Source: Octopus vulgaris
Taxonomy: Eukaryota
DNA length: 64,000 nt
Assembly: GCA_951406725.2 (NCBI GenBank)
Contig: OX597838.1
Coordinates: 44,454,001-44,518,000, forward strand
Direction of reading: 5' to 3'
A model generated the notes under the pieces. It had not been told where the DNA came from, ran no database searches, and saw nothing but the letters and a program-made list of their open reading frames with translations. This document shows, in pieces, positions 25,490 through 37,923 of this stretch (its first letter is position 1; the number at the start of each line of letters is the position of its first letter). The position numbers and the translations under genes are program-made.

Positions 25490-25963
25490 CATCAGCCCAT
25501 TTGTGTTATTATTTATACTACACTACAGTCAGAACGTTCCCTATAATGAATCTTGAGTCTACGGTGGACCGTACTCTGCATGCCGGATTATACACGTGTA
25601 ATTTTATATGTACGTTGGGTGTATTTGTTTTACGTGTGGATGTGTGGGTAACTGGATAGGCAATCCGTATATGTATTAGTAAATACTTGAGTAGCCGTAC
25701 ACACTGTCGATACAAGGGTATGCTATGCTGAACCCTACCTCGGTGTCTTTGTTATTAAAATACCTCGATTCTATTATGAAAATTATCATTATATATATGT
25801 GTGTGTATGTGTGTGTGTGTGTGAGTGTGTGCACTTTTGATGTAATATCTATTATACACCTAACAACAAGATTGTGAAACAGCTGTAACGAATGGAACAA
25901 AGATCTAACTCTCTCGCTTCACTTCTCGCATCTGCTCTACTTTTATGTGTTTGTGTGCCTGCA

Positions 25964-25995
<32 letters not shown>

Positions 25996-26419
25996 CGCGC
26001 CCGTATGTGTGTATATGTGTGCGTTTGTGTGAGTGTGTGTATGTTTAAAATACTGTGACTGATCGTTATATGCATTTTTGCGATACACCAAAGTAAGAAA
26101 TTGAATTTAGCGATCTCTTCACAAAATTTACCGTCTATCTTACTTAACAGGAACCAATATGGAAATTGTGACATTGTCATATTTGAAATTTCAACTCTTA
26201 GACATCGGAATGGAATTCAGATGACGGAATCACTCGATATATCTTTTGGAAATGTCACACATGATGTGGATAATATAGCAATTATAATCCGTGATCATCC
26301 CATCATTGAATAATCTACTGCAGTGCTTGAGTGTGTAATACACCTCGTGCTTACACATAATGCCATTCTGATCTGCTTTATTTCCACGAATATTCTAATC
26401 TGCTAAATGGCATTATCGT

Positions 26420-27275
26420 TATTGCCCCGGGCAAAATTCTTAGCGGCATTTCGTCTGTCTTTACGTCCTGGGTTCAAAATCCGCCGAGGTCAACTTTGCA
26501 TTTCATCCTTTCGGGATGATGAAATAACTACAAATTGCATAAAGCGGTCGATGTAATTGAATTACCTCCACCCCAGAATTTGCTGGCGTTGTGCCTAAAT
26601 TTGAAAGCAGATATTCTAATAAGCTATGAGGCGGAAAACAGACAGAATTGTTGGCAAGTTGAGCAAAATGCTTAGCAGCATTTGCTCACTCTATACGCGC
26701 TCAGTTCAATATCCACCCAGGTAGACTTTGATTCTTTTCATGTCGGGGTCGGTAAAATAAGTAAAAGCTGGGCACTGGGGTCGAGGAGATGAACTTATCC
26801 TCACTCGCGAACGGTTTTGTGCCAAAATTTGAAAGCAATATTCTGTTCAGCTATAGTTTGGTAATATTCTTTTCTACTCTAGGCACAAGGCCTGAAATTT
26901 TGGGGGAGGGAGGCCAGTAGATTAGATCGACTCCAGTGCGCAACTTGTACTTAATTTATCGATACCGAGAGGATGTAAGGCAAAGTCGGCCTCGGCGGAA
27001 TTTGAACTCAGAACGTAGCGGCAGACGAAATACCTATTTCTTTATTACCCACAAGGAGCTAAACATAGAGTGGACAAACAAGGACAGACAAACGGATTAA
27101 GTCGATTATTTCCACCCCAGTGCGTAACTGGTACTTATTTAATCGACCCCGGAAGGATGAAAGGCAAAGTCGACCTCGGCGGGAATTTGAACTCAGAACG
27201 TGACGGCAGACGAAATACCGCTAAGCATTTCGCCCGGCGTGCTAACGTTTCTGCCAGGTTGCTACCTTTTTGAAA
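26420..27275. mobile_element. SINE family B cluster: two + copies followed by a - strand dimer
   Basis: Cores near 26470, 26700, 26980 and 27160. Confidence 0.8.
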
Positions 27276-28282
27276 TCGATATTGTTATATGATTATTAAT
27301 TTTTCTTTATTTTCATTATCTTCCAGGAGACGAAACACTTTTCTGAAAATGCTGTGTATCCAAGTTATATTTTCTTAACATATATAGTTCTTTTGGCACA
27401 GCTAACTCACATTAGATAAGTAGCATATTTAAAAATTACTTTTCCCTGGAGATAGTAGAACATCTACTGTGTAATTAGCATGTACTTCCTTTAATTTGTC
27501 ACGTTCCGTTCGACATCTATCAAGCACTTGATGTCTTAACTTTTTCTTATTCAGTCCACAGATTGATCTCATTTTTCTTCTTCTAAAAAAAAAAAAAGAA
27601 GTTCAGAATACTTTTTACATAAATATATTGCTTTCCATATTAGATTTCTATGGAAGTTCATGCCGTTGCTAGAAAAAATAACGCTAAGCTGAAACAATTA
27701 TTTTTTTCTCCCTCTGTACTATCTGACATTGAGATAACTAACAGCGTCCATGATACTACAAAAATCAACATCAAATATTTATTCAACATTTTGAAAATTG
27801 AATAGCAATAGAAGTTATTTTCTGTAATATACAATGTATACCGAATACTTATATTTTTATCTTTAGATATCTCAAAACTGGTAGGTTGATAGAATCTTCA
27901 GAACACCTGGAAAAATTCGTTGCCCAATTTACCTGACCTTTCTGATACCAATCCTGTGACCTCAGCAAGTTCTGTAGCACATACTTTCTGTTTTAAAGTA
28001 ATCCGAATTAAAACCTTCTCTCAAACTTCCATGTCAGGTAGTAATCCAAATATCAGTTTTATAGTAGCAATGTATTATGCTGGATTTCTTATTTCCAAAA
28101 TTAAATGAAACATTGTCAATATATTTTAAAGTGATTTGTTGTATAAAGCCGGAACAACGCGAGAAGGTACAAAGTAAACTTCTGAAAAAGGGGTCAAAAC
28201 CCCGAAACATACAGAAGAAATCTCTTTAAAGTTATACCACAAAATGCTTCACAAAAACTACTCTGTCTCAAGGGCAATATAT

Positions 28283-28585
28283 ATTGTGTCCTCCCATAAA
28301 TAATGCAGTTTTCTCAACTGCAAGAGCTAAAGGTCGGGGTGGGGCCGGGTTAAACTACCTGCACCAACCTGCTATGAAAGCAAGTAGTAATTTTACCTTG
28401 TATTTATTCTTAGTTCAAGTTTTCAAGAGTGGAGTTCGATTTTAACAGTTATTTTTTAAAGCTGTAATGGAAGTGTAGAAGGAGCGTAATCGGCATATTT
28501 TGCTTTGAGTTCAAAAAAGACAACAACGCAACGGAAATGTGAGTAATATTAATGCAGTATATAGGGATCGGACAATGAGTGTAAT
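28283..28585 (+). mobile_element. Mariner 5' fragment (same family as 44341-45222)
   Basis: TIR-like TTGTGTCCTCCCATAAATAATGC and a decayed ATGGAAGTG..AATATTAATGCAGTATATAGGGAT (MEV..NINAVY) start. Confidence 0.7.
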
Positions 28586-30023
28586 TCGATCTCACTTCCC
28601 TGTTCCCATGTAGCAACGTTCTCAAGCAACATGTACGGCGAAGCAGCTTCCAGACCAGGAAATGGAATCTCGCGAACCTTTCAAAGCGTTCATTGTCTAA
28701 ACTAGATGAAGGACCTGGATGGACAATGGAAGTTGGAATCTCGTAGCCGAAGTTGACAGAGGGTGAAGTGATGCCTGGATCTTCTGGAAGAAGAACTTGA
28801 AGATGAAACTTGCGATTCAGACTCTGACCCTGAGAGTGAAAGTGATTTCCTTGACGGAGTAGGATCGGAACAGTGATACTGAAATCGATGGTGATGATTA
28901 ATAATCGGACACTTGAAATGAGTCAGGAATGTAATAGATCTTTCACAAATAATGTTGTCGTTTTTGACAATTATGTGGCGAATGTGGATGGGACGAAGTT
29001 AATGAAACTAAAAACAGGCGAAAATAAGATGCAACAAAGTAAGAATTAGGATTTGTGCTTTTACTGGAAATGTGTTAATTCAAATTTCAATGATCCGAAG
29101 GATGCTCAGCTGAGATTTCTAACTCAACTTTAAAACCAACTCGTACATTTATTGTTTTAATTCTGTGTATATACTTACCAAGAAGGAAAGTAACTGCAGC
29201 AACACTTGAAATGGATCTTGTTTAAACATGAGAGATAGAATGTATTATACAAGCCAGCATTTGTTTCAATATGAAAATTATATGCCACATTTCATAACGA
29301 TCATGTATAACAAAGTGCTATGGTGTAGGTAGGGTTAACTTTCGTTTACTTTTGATTTCAAAAACCTCTTTGATGGAAATATTTGCATATTTTGATGTTT
29401 CATTTGATAAATCAACTCAAATATCATCATCTGAAGTCATTTGCAATGATTCAAGGAGAGATTCCTAAGTACCACTTGCTAAATTTTTTTACTTCCATTC
29501 GACACATTGAGCAATACTTATAAAGTAGTATTTAAAAGTGCAGAAATATCTCACGTTCCATGGGAGTAAACACTACTTCTTCTCAATTTTGTTTTAGTTC
29601 TGGTATTAAAAAACACACGTACACCTTCCGTTTGATCAATTTTCAATAAGAAAAAAACGTCATATGCTCTTGTTGATAAATAAAACCTGTGAATGCGAGA
29701 ATAAATTTGCTTAGCATTTACATGAATTTGTAGATCTTGACCAGGCAATAATCTTAAGCGGTCATTTCAAATATTTTGACGAAAAGTTGCAAAGTTAGAG
29801 CTGTCTGAATTTTCCATATTTTCCTAATTTTCCGCCTCCAGCTGTAAAAGTGGGCGTGGTCAAAAAGTCCATGGCTGGTATCTTCCATCCCAGTTTTTCT
29901 CTTTTTTGCTGGCAACATCAATTTTCTAACTTGATGGACCTAGGGCTACATGAAAATACCCATTAAAGTAAATTACAAGGTGGTGGGAGTGTACCATGAC
30001 CCCCAGTAGCCCATAGCCTAGAG

Positions 30024-30698
30024 CACTGGTCGCCAAAGGGGACCACAGAGACCCCATAGGGGTCGGCAAAGATTTACAGGGATCAATGATAGTCAAGGGG
30101 TCGAATGGGGATCAGCGTGCGAAAGACCAGCTCACCCAGATGGACTGCTTGAAATATTTAGTCAGCACATGCTCATCCCTCACCCTGATGTTGTCAATTT
30201 CAATGAAAGATATTCCATATTGCGTCTGTCTCTACGCTCTGAGTTCAAATTCCGCCGAGGTCGATTTTGTCTTTCATCCTTTCGTGGTCGATAAATTAAG
30301 TACCAGTTGAGTTGAATACTGGGGTCGACTTATCGACTGGCCCCCTCCCATAAAATTCCGGGTCTTCTGCCTAAAGTAGAAAAGAATAACAGATATTCCA
30401 GCAATATAATGCACTTTTCACATTTTCTAACCATGAAAACAATTTTATAAAAATTGAAAGTTTAATACGGTATACTCGACCACATAGTTTTAAAAGAGTG
30501 TCATCTCCTATACAATTTCTTAATTTGTCATACATGTATATTTTAGCTAACATTTTAATTGCCAGCATGAGTACCTGGTATGCATTTAACATATGGTACT
30601 GTAGGGTAAGTTATTAAGATATTTTAAATGAAGAGGGTGGTTGATGCGGAAGAAGTGGGCAAAGGGGGCCGATGGTCGAAAAAGTTCGGCGACCCCTG
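30024..30698. mobile_element. hAT (Charlie-like) MITE with a nested SINE B
   Basis: Ends CACTGGTCGCCAAA / TTCGGCGACCCCTG; 8-bp TSD GCCTAGAG / GCCTACAG; SINE at about 30220-30390. Confidence 0.75.
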
Positions 30699-30879
30699 GC
30701 CTACAGTGTTGCCAGGCAGGGGATGTGAATTAGTGTTGCAAAAACTGAAACATGGCCCTCGCAAGAAAGTCTTCTCAGTGCACACTGCATGCTATTTAAT
30801 GGAAAATTACAAAGACTATTGGGGAAGTTTAATTATCACGGGGCCCAGTATTCGACCCTCAGAAGGGGAGAGATTAGTA

Positions 30880-31360
30880 AAAACAAACTTCCTATCTTCC
30901 ATTTGCTTTCGGTACCTATCCACAGCTACGGTCATGAATAATGGGTAATGATCGAAATTATGTTATCACGAATGCAATTGGTCGAAATGAAGTTCTTTCG
31001 AAGGAACTCTAGAGTAATGTTACTTGTCAGGGTGTCTAACTCGGAGCTCTTCAGTTCGAACTGCTATTTCTCCGCATTGACAGGTCACAGGTCCGATAGT
31101 ATGGATAAGTGGTTAGAATGTCGCAGAAAATATCGGAGAATAGATTCTACAAGCCGAGCTAATCGGCAGGTAAGATAGTGATAGACCAAGGATGAGATGG
31201 TTGGATAATAGCCAGAGATTCAGTTGGTTTAGCTTGAGTGTTGGGGTTCAAGCCAGGAAATGTAATGACGGTTGCTACTGATAAGACAATATGGCGTAGG
31301 CGTTTGAGGAGTCTACCCGCCACCCCACCACGATCCTCCCAGGAGGAGTGGGTTGAGAAC
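30880..31360 (+). mobile_element. Decayed RTE-clade LINE 3' end
   Basis: MQLVEMKFFRR..RVSNSEL; DRPRMRWLDN-like and TDKTIWRRRL motifs in shifting frames. Confidence 0.6.
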
Positions 31361-32517
31361 ATGAGTAGACATCAAGTTCGATTTCATTGCAGCTGCTTTA
31401 GATCTGTCTTCTTAGAATCAAACATGATGAAGTAGAGCTACAATGAAAATTGCGCTCCACCCATGACTGTTCCCTCTTATTTATCAGGCATTGTATTTTA
31501 ATTGTAGAGTGTGTGTATAGATAACCGTACATTATTTAAAATATCGCTCCTCCTTTATTTTATTTTTTGCTCTTTAAAAGCAATGTTTTATAATTTAAAC
31601 ATGATTTGGACGATATTTCATGCAGGCCAATGGACATTCGAGTTTGTTCCCATGCAAGAAAGCTTAGATCTATGCGAAAACCAAATTTACTTCATTTACA
31701 AAAAGAAAAGAAAAAAAATCAAGCGAAACATAATAAAAATATACCAAATATCTTTTCCTCTTAATTTAGAAGTTCATGTGAAGAATCGATAATGGTTAAG
31801 AAGTATGTCTTTCTCTTATAATCTTGACTGGAAGTACCGAACTGCAGATCATCATATCTCCTTTACTGGAAGAAAAAATGTCCACTAAGCATTTTACAAT
31901 AGTCATTTGTAGTAATTTGATTTTTCTTGCATTTCTTTTTACTAATTTATATCATGTGTCACGGGAAAAGAAGTGCTAAAGGTGGTCAGCATATCGGTTT
32001 TTTTTTAAGATGATGAAAAATATAGATTCTCTTGGCAATAAAGAGATGTTACGCAAACCAAAATGCCACTCATACGAACTATAATCCCCAAAGTTTGACA
32101 GCATCGTACTTAGACAAAATCATAATTTTTAGTCCAGAGTCTTATTGAGTTTTTCTTATATTTCGCTTGTTGCTTTTTCCCACTCTAAGTATGAATTCTC
32201 CAAACAGCAACGTAAACGTCACTGCGAATACCAATACATGAAAAGAAGTTGAAACAAGATCAAACATGATCAGCAACAACAACAATAAAACTGCCGTTAA
32301 ACCTTACTGGATATGACAGGTCTGAAGAGAAATGCAACAGGTGTACACTACAAACTACTAAAGATGTAATGTTTCAGTCACTTTCTCTTTGGAAGATTTT
32401 CAAATATACGAGTTTGTAATAATGTTATTGCGGAAAAAAAGTTTTTGTTAAGAGAGTGACAGTCGGTTTCATCCGTCCGAACAGAAGTCACCATTATTAA
32501 ACGAATATATACAATAC

Positions 32518-32680
32518 AGGCGTGGCTGTGTGGTAAGAAGCTTGCTTCCCAAGCAGATAGTTCCGGCTTCACTCCTACTGCATGGCACCTTGGGTAAGTG
32601 TCTACTATTATAACCTCGAACCTACCAAAGCCTCGAGACTGGATTTGGTACATGGAAATTGATAAAAGCCCGTCGCATAT
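32518..32680 (+). mobile_element. SINE family A 5' half
   Basis: GGCGTGGCTGTGTGGTAAGAAGCTTGCTTCCC head. Confidence 0.8.
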
Positions 32681-33103
32681 ATACGACAAACGTGCTCTCG
32701 CAGTAAACACCATGGCTCTATCAACCGCTACTAAAATCAAACCCCGATGAACAGAGTAGATAGACTTGAAGTTGACGATGTGAAACTAATGGAAACAGCA
32801 CACGGATATCGCCTGGGAAAACACAACTAGATCTCGTTATGCAAACAATCAGGTGCATAATCAGATTCCTATATTCTTGGAGAACTATGTTGCATCGAAA
32901 CGTTTGTAGCGAATAATAAATAAATGTCCAACCGTCCTCCGTCTTCTTGACTCCAATTTCTTAAATTTTACAATCACACACGACGAACGCGCAAACTTAA
33001 ACGTGGAAGTATATAATAATACTACTGATAGTACTGAATAATTGCGAAGGTGGACGATCTTTATGCTGTACTCTTCCACGATCCTGACGGAATATAACAT
33101 AAC

Positions 33104-33106
<3 letters not shown>

Positions 33107-33185
<79 letters not shown>

Positions 33186-33258
33186 TATATACATACATAC
33201 ATACATACATACATACATACATACATACATACATACATACATACATACATACATACAT
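33107..33258. repeat. (TA)n + (CATA)n microsatellite
   Basis: Directly visible. Confidence 0.95.
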
Positions 33259-33500
33259 AAATTTATAAATAAGGACATTCTCGATATTTAAATATCGATA
33301 TTATCAAGTGGCCAGCATGGGAAAAAATACCATACAAAGGTGATAATTTTTTACAACTAAAAATAAGGGTGTCTGAGAGACACCACCATGCCGAGATAGC
33401 AGTCAAATTCCCGACTCTGAAAACCACCTTAAATGCTCATATCGCACTATGAGATAAGACAGAGGGACAAAATAGACGAGCAAAAAGATATTACTGAATA

Positions 33501-33559
33501 ATTCAAGATCCAGGATTTCTAGCTTTGCTTCAAATAAGCTCTGTCTTCATCAATTGAAT
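33501..33559 (-). ncRNA. Type I hammerhead motif (U3 variant)
   Basis: Minus strand AUUCAA-UUGAUGA-AGACAG-AGCU..AGCU-A-GAAA-UCC-U-GGA-UC-UUGAAU; the inverted partial copy at 33779-33831 has canonical CUGAUGA. Confidence 0.65.
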
Positions 33560-33831
33560 ATATCAGATAGGCACATAAATACAAATATATATATACAGAA
33601 CAAACGTTATACTTACATATACGAACGTCCATGCATGCATATATTTGCATGTATGTACAAGGCCAGTTCAAATTTCCCGCCAAACACCTCATAAGCACGA
33701 TATGGTCAAAATAAACAACGCAGTGAATATAGAGACGAATTATATAAATTTATAAATTATATAAATTATATAAATTAAATTTATGTGCCCATCTGATATA
33801 TTCAACTGATGAAGGCAGAGCTTATTTGAAG
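33528..33831. repeat. 53-bp inverted repeat pair (33528-33580 / 33779-33831)
   Basis: Arms differ at about 3 positions and include the 5' half of the hammerhead. Confidence 0.85.
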
Positions 33832-34200
33832 GTAATGTCTTTCGCCGTCATCATCTCTTGGCTGGCTGTCCGCATCGACTCGCCGCCTCTCCCAACTGAA
33901 CCCTTTTCCGGCCCTTCGCTGTCTGCCCCGCTACCACCAGTCCATCACATTTTAAAGGGTGGCATTTTTATTTTTTTATAACCTTTCTCTGACCGTGTAA
34001 GGATCAGAGGTTACTTCCGAAATCATTAATTTTTACCGTTGCCGTTGGCAGGACAAAAGATTATTTTCGTCGTCCCGAACAACTGGAGCGCTGGTTCAAC
34101 TCCAACCAACGGAACTAGGGCACAATGTTCCCCTGTTTATTCACCTCCGTAACAATATATATAAATATACATATACATATATATATTTACATATACACAT

Positions 34201-34272
<72 letters not shown>

Positions 34273-34339
34273 AGATAGATACATAAACATATATATATGT
34301 ATATATATCTATATCTATATCTATCTATCTATCTATCTA

Positions 34340-34398
<59 letters not shown>

Positions 34399-34588
34399 TC
34401 GCTTGACAACTGATGTTAGTGTGTTTACGTCCCCGTAGCATAGCGGTTCGGCAAAATACACCGATAGTATAAGTACTATGCTTACAAAGATTGAGTCCTG
34501 GAGTCGATTTGTTCGTTTAAAGGCGGTACTCCAGCATGGCCGCAGTCAAATAACTGAAACAAGTAAAAAAGTAAATAACAATATGTTA

Positions 34589-34617
<29 letters not shown>

Positions 34618-34619
<2 letters not shown>

Positions 34620-34691
34620 ACTTAGAATAACTTAGAAAGGTTTTGGCCAGTATTGGCCCAGGCCATGTCTAACTTAATAGCACCACCTGGC
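34618..34691 (-). mobile_element. 74-bp 3' tail of the same LINE family as 52182-53838, inserted in (TA)n
   Basis: Near-identical TAACTTAGAATAACTTAGAAAGG..GCACCACCTGGC, with (TA)n on both sides. Confidence 0.9.
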
Positions 34692-34692
34692 A

Positions 34693-34743
<51 letters not shown>

Positions 34744-34744
34744 G

Positions 34745-35175
34745 TTTATCTCTTACTAGTTTCAGTCATTTGACTGCGGCCATGCTGGGGCACCAGCTTG
34801 AATTGCTTGTAGAATGAATAGAATACAGAAATACTTGTTAAAGCCTGGCTAGGGTTACGGAGTTGTAAACACATTAGCACCTGTTGCCAAGAGGTGCTGG
34901 TGGGACAAAGCCGGACAGAAAGACGCACACTCACATAAATTGATTTATACACGTGCACATATACACACACTCACGCATGCACACACACACACACACACAC
35001 ACACACTTACACATACGACGGTCTTCTTTCACTTTCTCTTTAGCAAATCTGCTCAGAAAGGTTTTGGTCAGCGCGAGCCTGTTTGTAAAAATCCCTTCTC
35101 CACGGTGCCATGTATTGGGACTGGGCCCAGAACCATGGGGTGAGGAAGCAAAACTCTTACCACACAGCCAATATA
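34745..35175 (-). mobile_element. SINE family A, decayed
   Basis: Reverse-complement tail GTTTCAGTCATTTGACTGCGGCCATGCTGG and head CTTACCACACAGCCA. Confidence 0.75.
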
Positions 35176-35289
35176 TCTTTAAGTCTGCTGCACGTATGTA
35201 CGTATGTATGCACGTATGCATGCATGTATGTATGTGTATGTATGTATGTATGCATGTATGTATGTATGTATGTATGCATGTATGTATAT

Positions 35290-35467
35290 GCGTAGGAGTG
35301 TCTGTGTGGTAAGTAGTTTGCTTACCAACTACATGGTTCCGGGTTCAGTCCCACTGCATGGCACCTTGGGCAAGTGTCTTCTACTATAGCCTCGGGCCGA
35401 TCAAAGCCTTTTGAGTGGGTTTGGTAGACGGAAACTGAAAGAAGCCAGTCGTATATATGTATATATA

Positions 35468-35506
<39 letters not shown>

Positions 35507-35707
35507 TTTTGTGTGTGTGTTTGTCCCCCCAACATCGTTTGACAACCGATGCTGGTGTGTTTACGTCCCCGTAACTTAGCGGTTCGGCAAGAGAGACCAA
35601 TAGAATAAGTACTTGGCTTACAAAGAATAAATCGTGGTATCGATTTGATCGACTATAGGCGGTGCTCCAGCATGACTACAGTTAAATGACCAAAAGAGTA
35701 AAAGAGT
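35290..35707 (+). mobile_element. SINE family A, full length
   Basis: Complete head, (GT)n centre and AAAGAGTA tail. Confidence 0.9.
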
Positions 35708-36584
35708 ATATATGGGGAAAGTTCCTTGTATTGCATGTCCTGTACTCTATTTTTTCGTTGTTTAAGAAAAATGTCCATTTCCTTGGTTTTGTGTTTATAT
35801 TTTCGTTTCTCATTGTGTTCGACGTTTTTTTGGTGTTTTGTACCCATATATGCATGTATATATACATATAGGTGTAGGTACGTACATATGTGTATGTATA
35901 TATGCATATGTTTTATTTATTAATTTGTTATTATATATATATATATATGTGCGTGTGTGTGTGTGTGTATGTGTGTGTGTGTAAATGAGTAACAGAAAGG
36001 TACAGGTGTCAATCCATTACGGCCATTTCCAACGACACCTTTAATTGATTAATGAAAGCATTACATCTTTGTGAAGAAATCTTCTTTCGTCGGATGAAGT
36101 CCAAATACTTCAAAATAAAGGATATTCAGAATGATTTAACAGAGTTTCAAATCCACGGAGCAAAAACATTTGCATTAATTCTGCTACTGTTTTTCAGTTG
36201 GCAGAATGGATTTACCAGAATAGTGTATATTTAATTAGAACAGAGAAATTTTGGGGTTAGTAGAGTTTATAGGAGGGGAAAGGATAAGGCACGGCTCCAG
36301 GGACCCAGTTATCTATACTTCTAAGAAAACAGGAAGGCACGGCTCCATTAGTCTACATTTATTTATTAAGGAGTTGTTTAATGTTCACAGGTCAGTGGTA
36401 AGAAAATTAATTGCAGTCAGGTCAACCTACTAAATTATCATGGTCGTACGCGATGGAATTAATACTCAGGCTTTATGTCCGCAAATGGTCAAGGCAGAGG
36501 GCAGTAGTAAGGAAATGAGGGATGACGAACGGGTGGTAAGGAAAAAGAAGAAAGAACGAAAGCTGACCCAACCGTTATTAATTA

Positions 36585-36815
36585 CCTATTTCTTTATTGC
36601 CCACAAGGAGCTAAACATAGAAGGGACAAACAAGGACAGCAAATGGTTTAAGTCGATTACATCTACCCCAGTATGTAACCGGTACTTAATTTATCGACCC
36701 CGAAAGGATGAAAGGCAAAGTCGACCTCGGCGGAATTTGAACTCAGAACGTAGCGGCGGACGAACTACCGCAAAGCATTTCGGCCGGCGTGCTAACCACT
36801 CTGCCAGCTCGTCTT
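36585..36815 (-). mobile_element. SINE family B, full length
   Basis: Complete core, tail and head. Confidence 0.85.
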
Positions 36816-36856
36816 AAGTAAAGGAAGAGTTTGAAAGATAATGGAATAAGGTTTAT

Positions 36857-37378
36857 GTGAGCAAGCCCTAAATTAAGAGTAGGAATCATTGCTTGGGAAT
36901 AAAAGGGACTCTTACAATTTAGCATAGTGACAATATAATAGCAATAAGATGAATTAGAAATTGAATATGGGTAAAAGAATTAGATTCTACTTAAAATTGT
37001 AAGAAAAAGACATGCATTAAGATATAAGAAATGGTTTTCCTTAGATTTTAATACCGAATTTTCAATATGTCTTATCGTTCGCCTCCCATATTTGAGGCAT
37101 ATTTAACTTCTTACTTTTGGCATCCTTTTTATAAGTTTTATATCTCTTCATTTTTACCCTAATATCATTTATATACTCAACATTTCTTTAAATTTTAATT
37201 CTTTTATTATTCTTATATCTTAATGCATCTCTCTTCTTTTTTTTACAATTTTAAGTACAATCTAATTCTTTTACCCATATTTAACCTCTAATTTCCCTTA
37301 TTGCTATTATATTGTCACAATGCTAAATTGTAGGAGACACAAGCAATGATCCCTACTCCTAATTTATGGCTTGCACAC
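36857..37378. repeat. Foldback/MITE-like element with ~175-bp imperfect inverted arms
   Basis: 36857-37030 is the reverse complement of about 37210-37378 (e.g. GTGACAATATAATAGCAATAAG / CTTATTGCTATTATATTGTCAC). Confidence 0.8.
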
Positions 37379-37886
37379 ACACGCCGCACTTGGAACTAAC
37401 ATTATGTCGGATCAACGATTTATTTTGGAGTTGGTACCTATGTGTATATGGTTATGTGCATGTATATGCATATATGAGTGTGTATGTGTTTTTGTATGTG
37501 TATGTGAGTGTGCCTCTGTGTTTATGCTTGTATAATGAGTGCGTTTATATACATACACAATAATGCTGACAGCTAAATGTTATTTACCTTAGTCCGCGCT
37601 CAATACTAAGTACCTAGGGTTAGGGTTAGGTGTCTTACTTCTTGATATGCCTAGATTCTAATGACACCAGTAACTAATACACTATATCTCCATACACACG
37701 GACGAAATGCCGCTAATAATTTCGTGCGATGTAATGACGATTTTGCCTGTAATAGAATAGCGCAACTGAGGCTTGCATGCGGATTACTGTGGAAAATATA
37801 ATAACCAATCAAAACACTGTAAGTGTCCAACGAATCTCTTCATTGTGGCATTTCTAAACATACAGTAAAACTTACACACACGCACA

Positions 37887-37923
<37 letters not shown>

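Noticed and set aside
28700-29300. Acidic DSDSDPESESDF stretch suggesting a piggyBac remnant
   Set aside because: No catalytic motifs or TTAA-flanked TIRs could be confirmed
33836-34154. Possible solo LTR (TG..CA; minus strand begins TGTTACGG)
   Set aside because: No target-site duplication, second LTR or internal domain
37613-37631. TTAGGG telomere-like repeat
   Set aside because: Only two to three units; not informative
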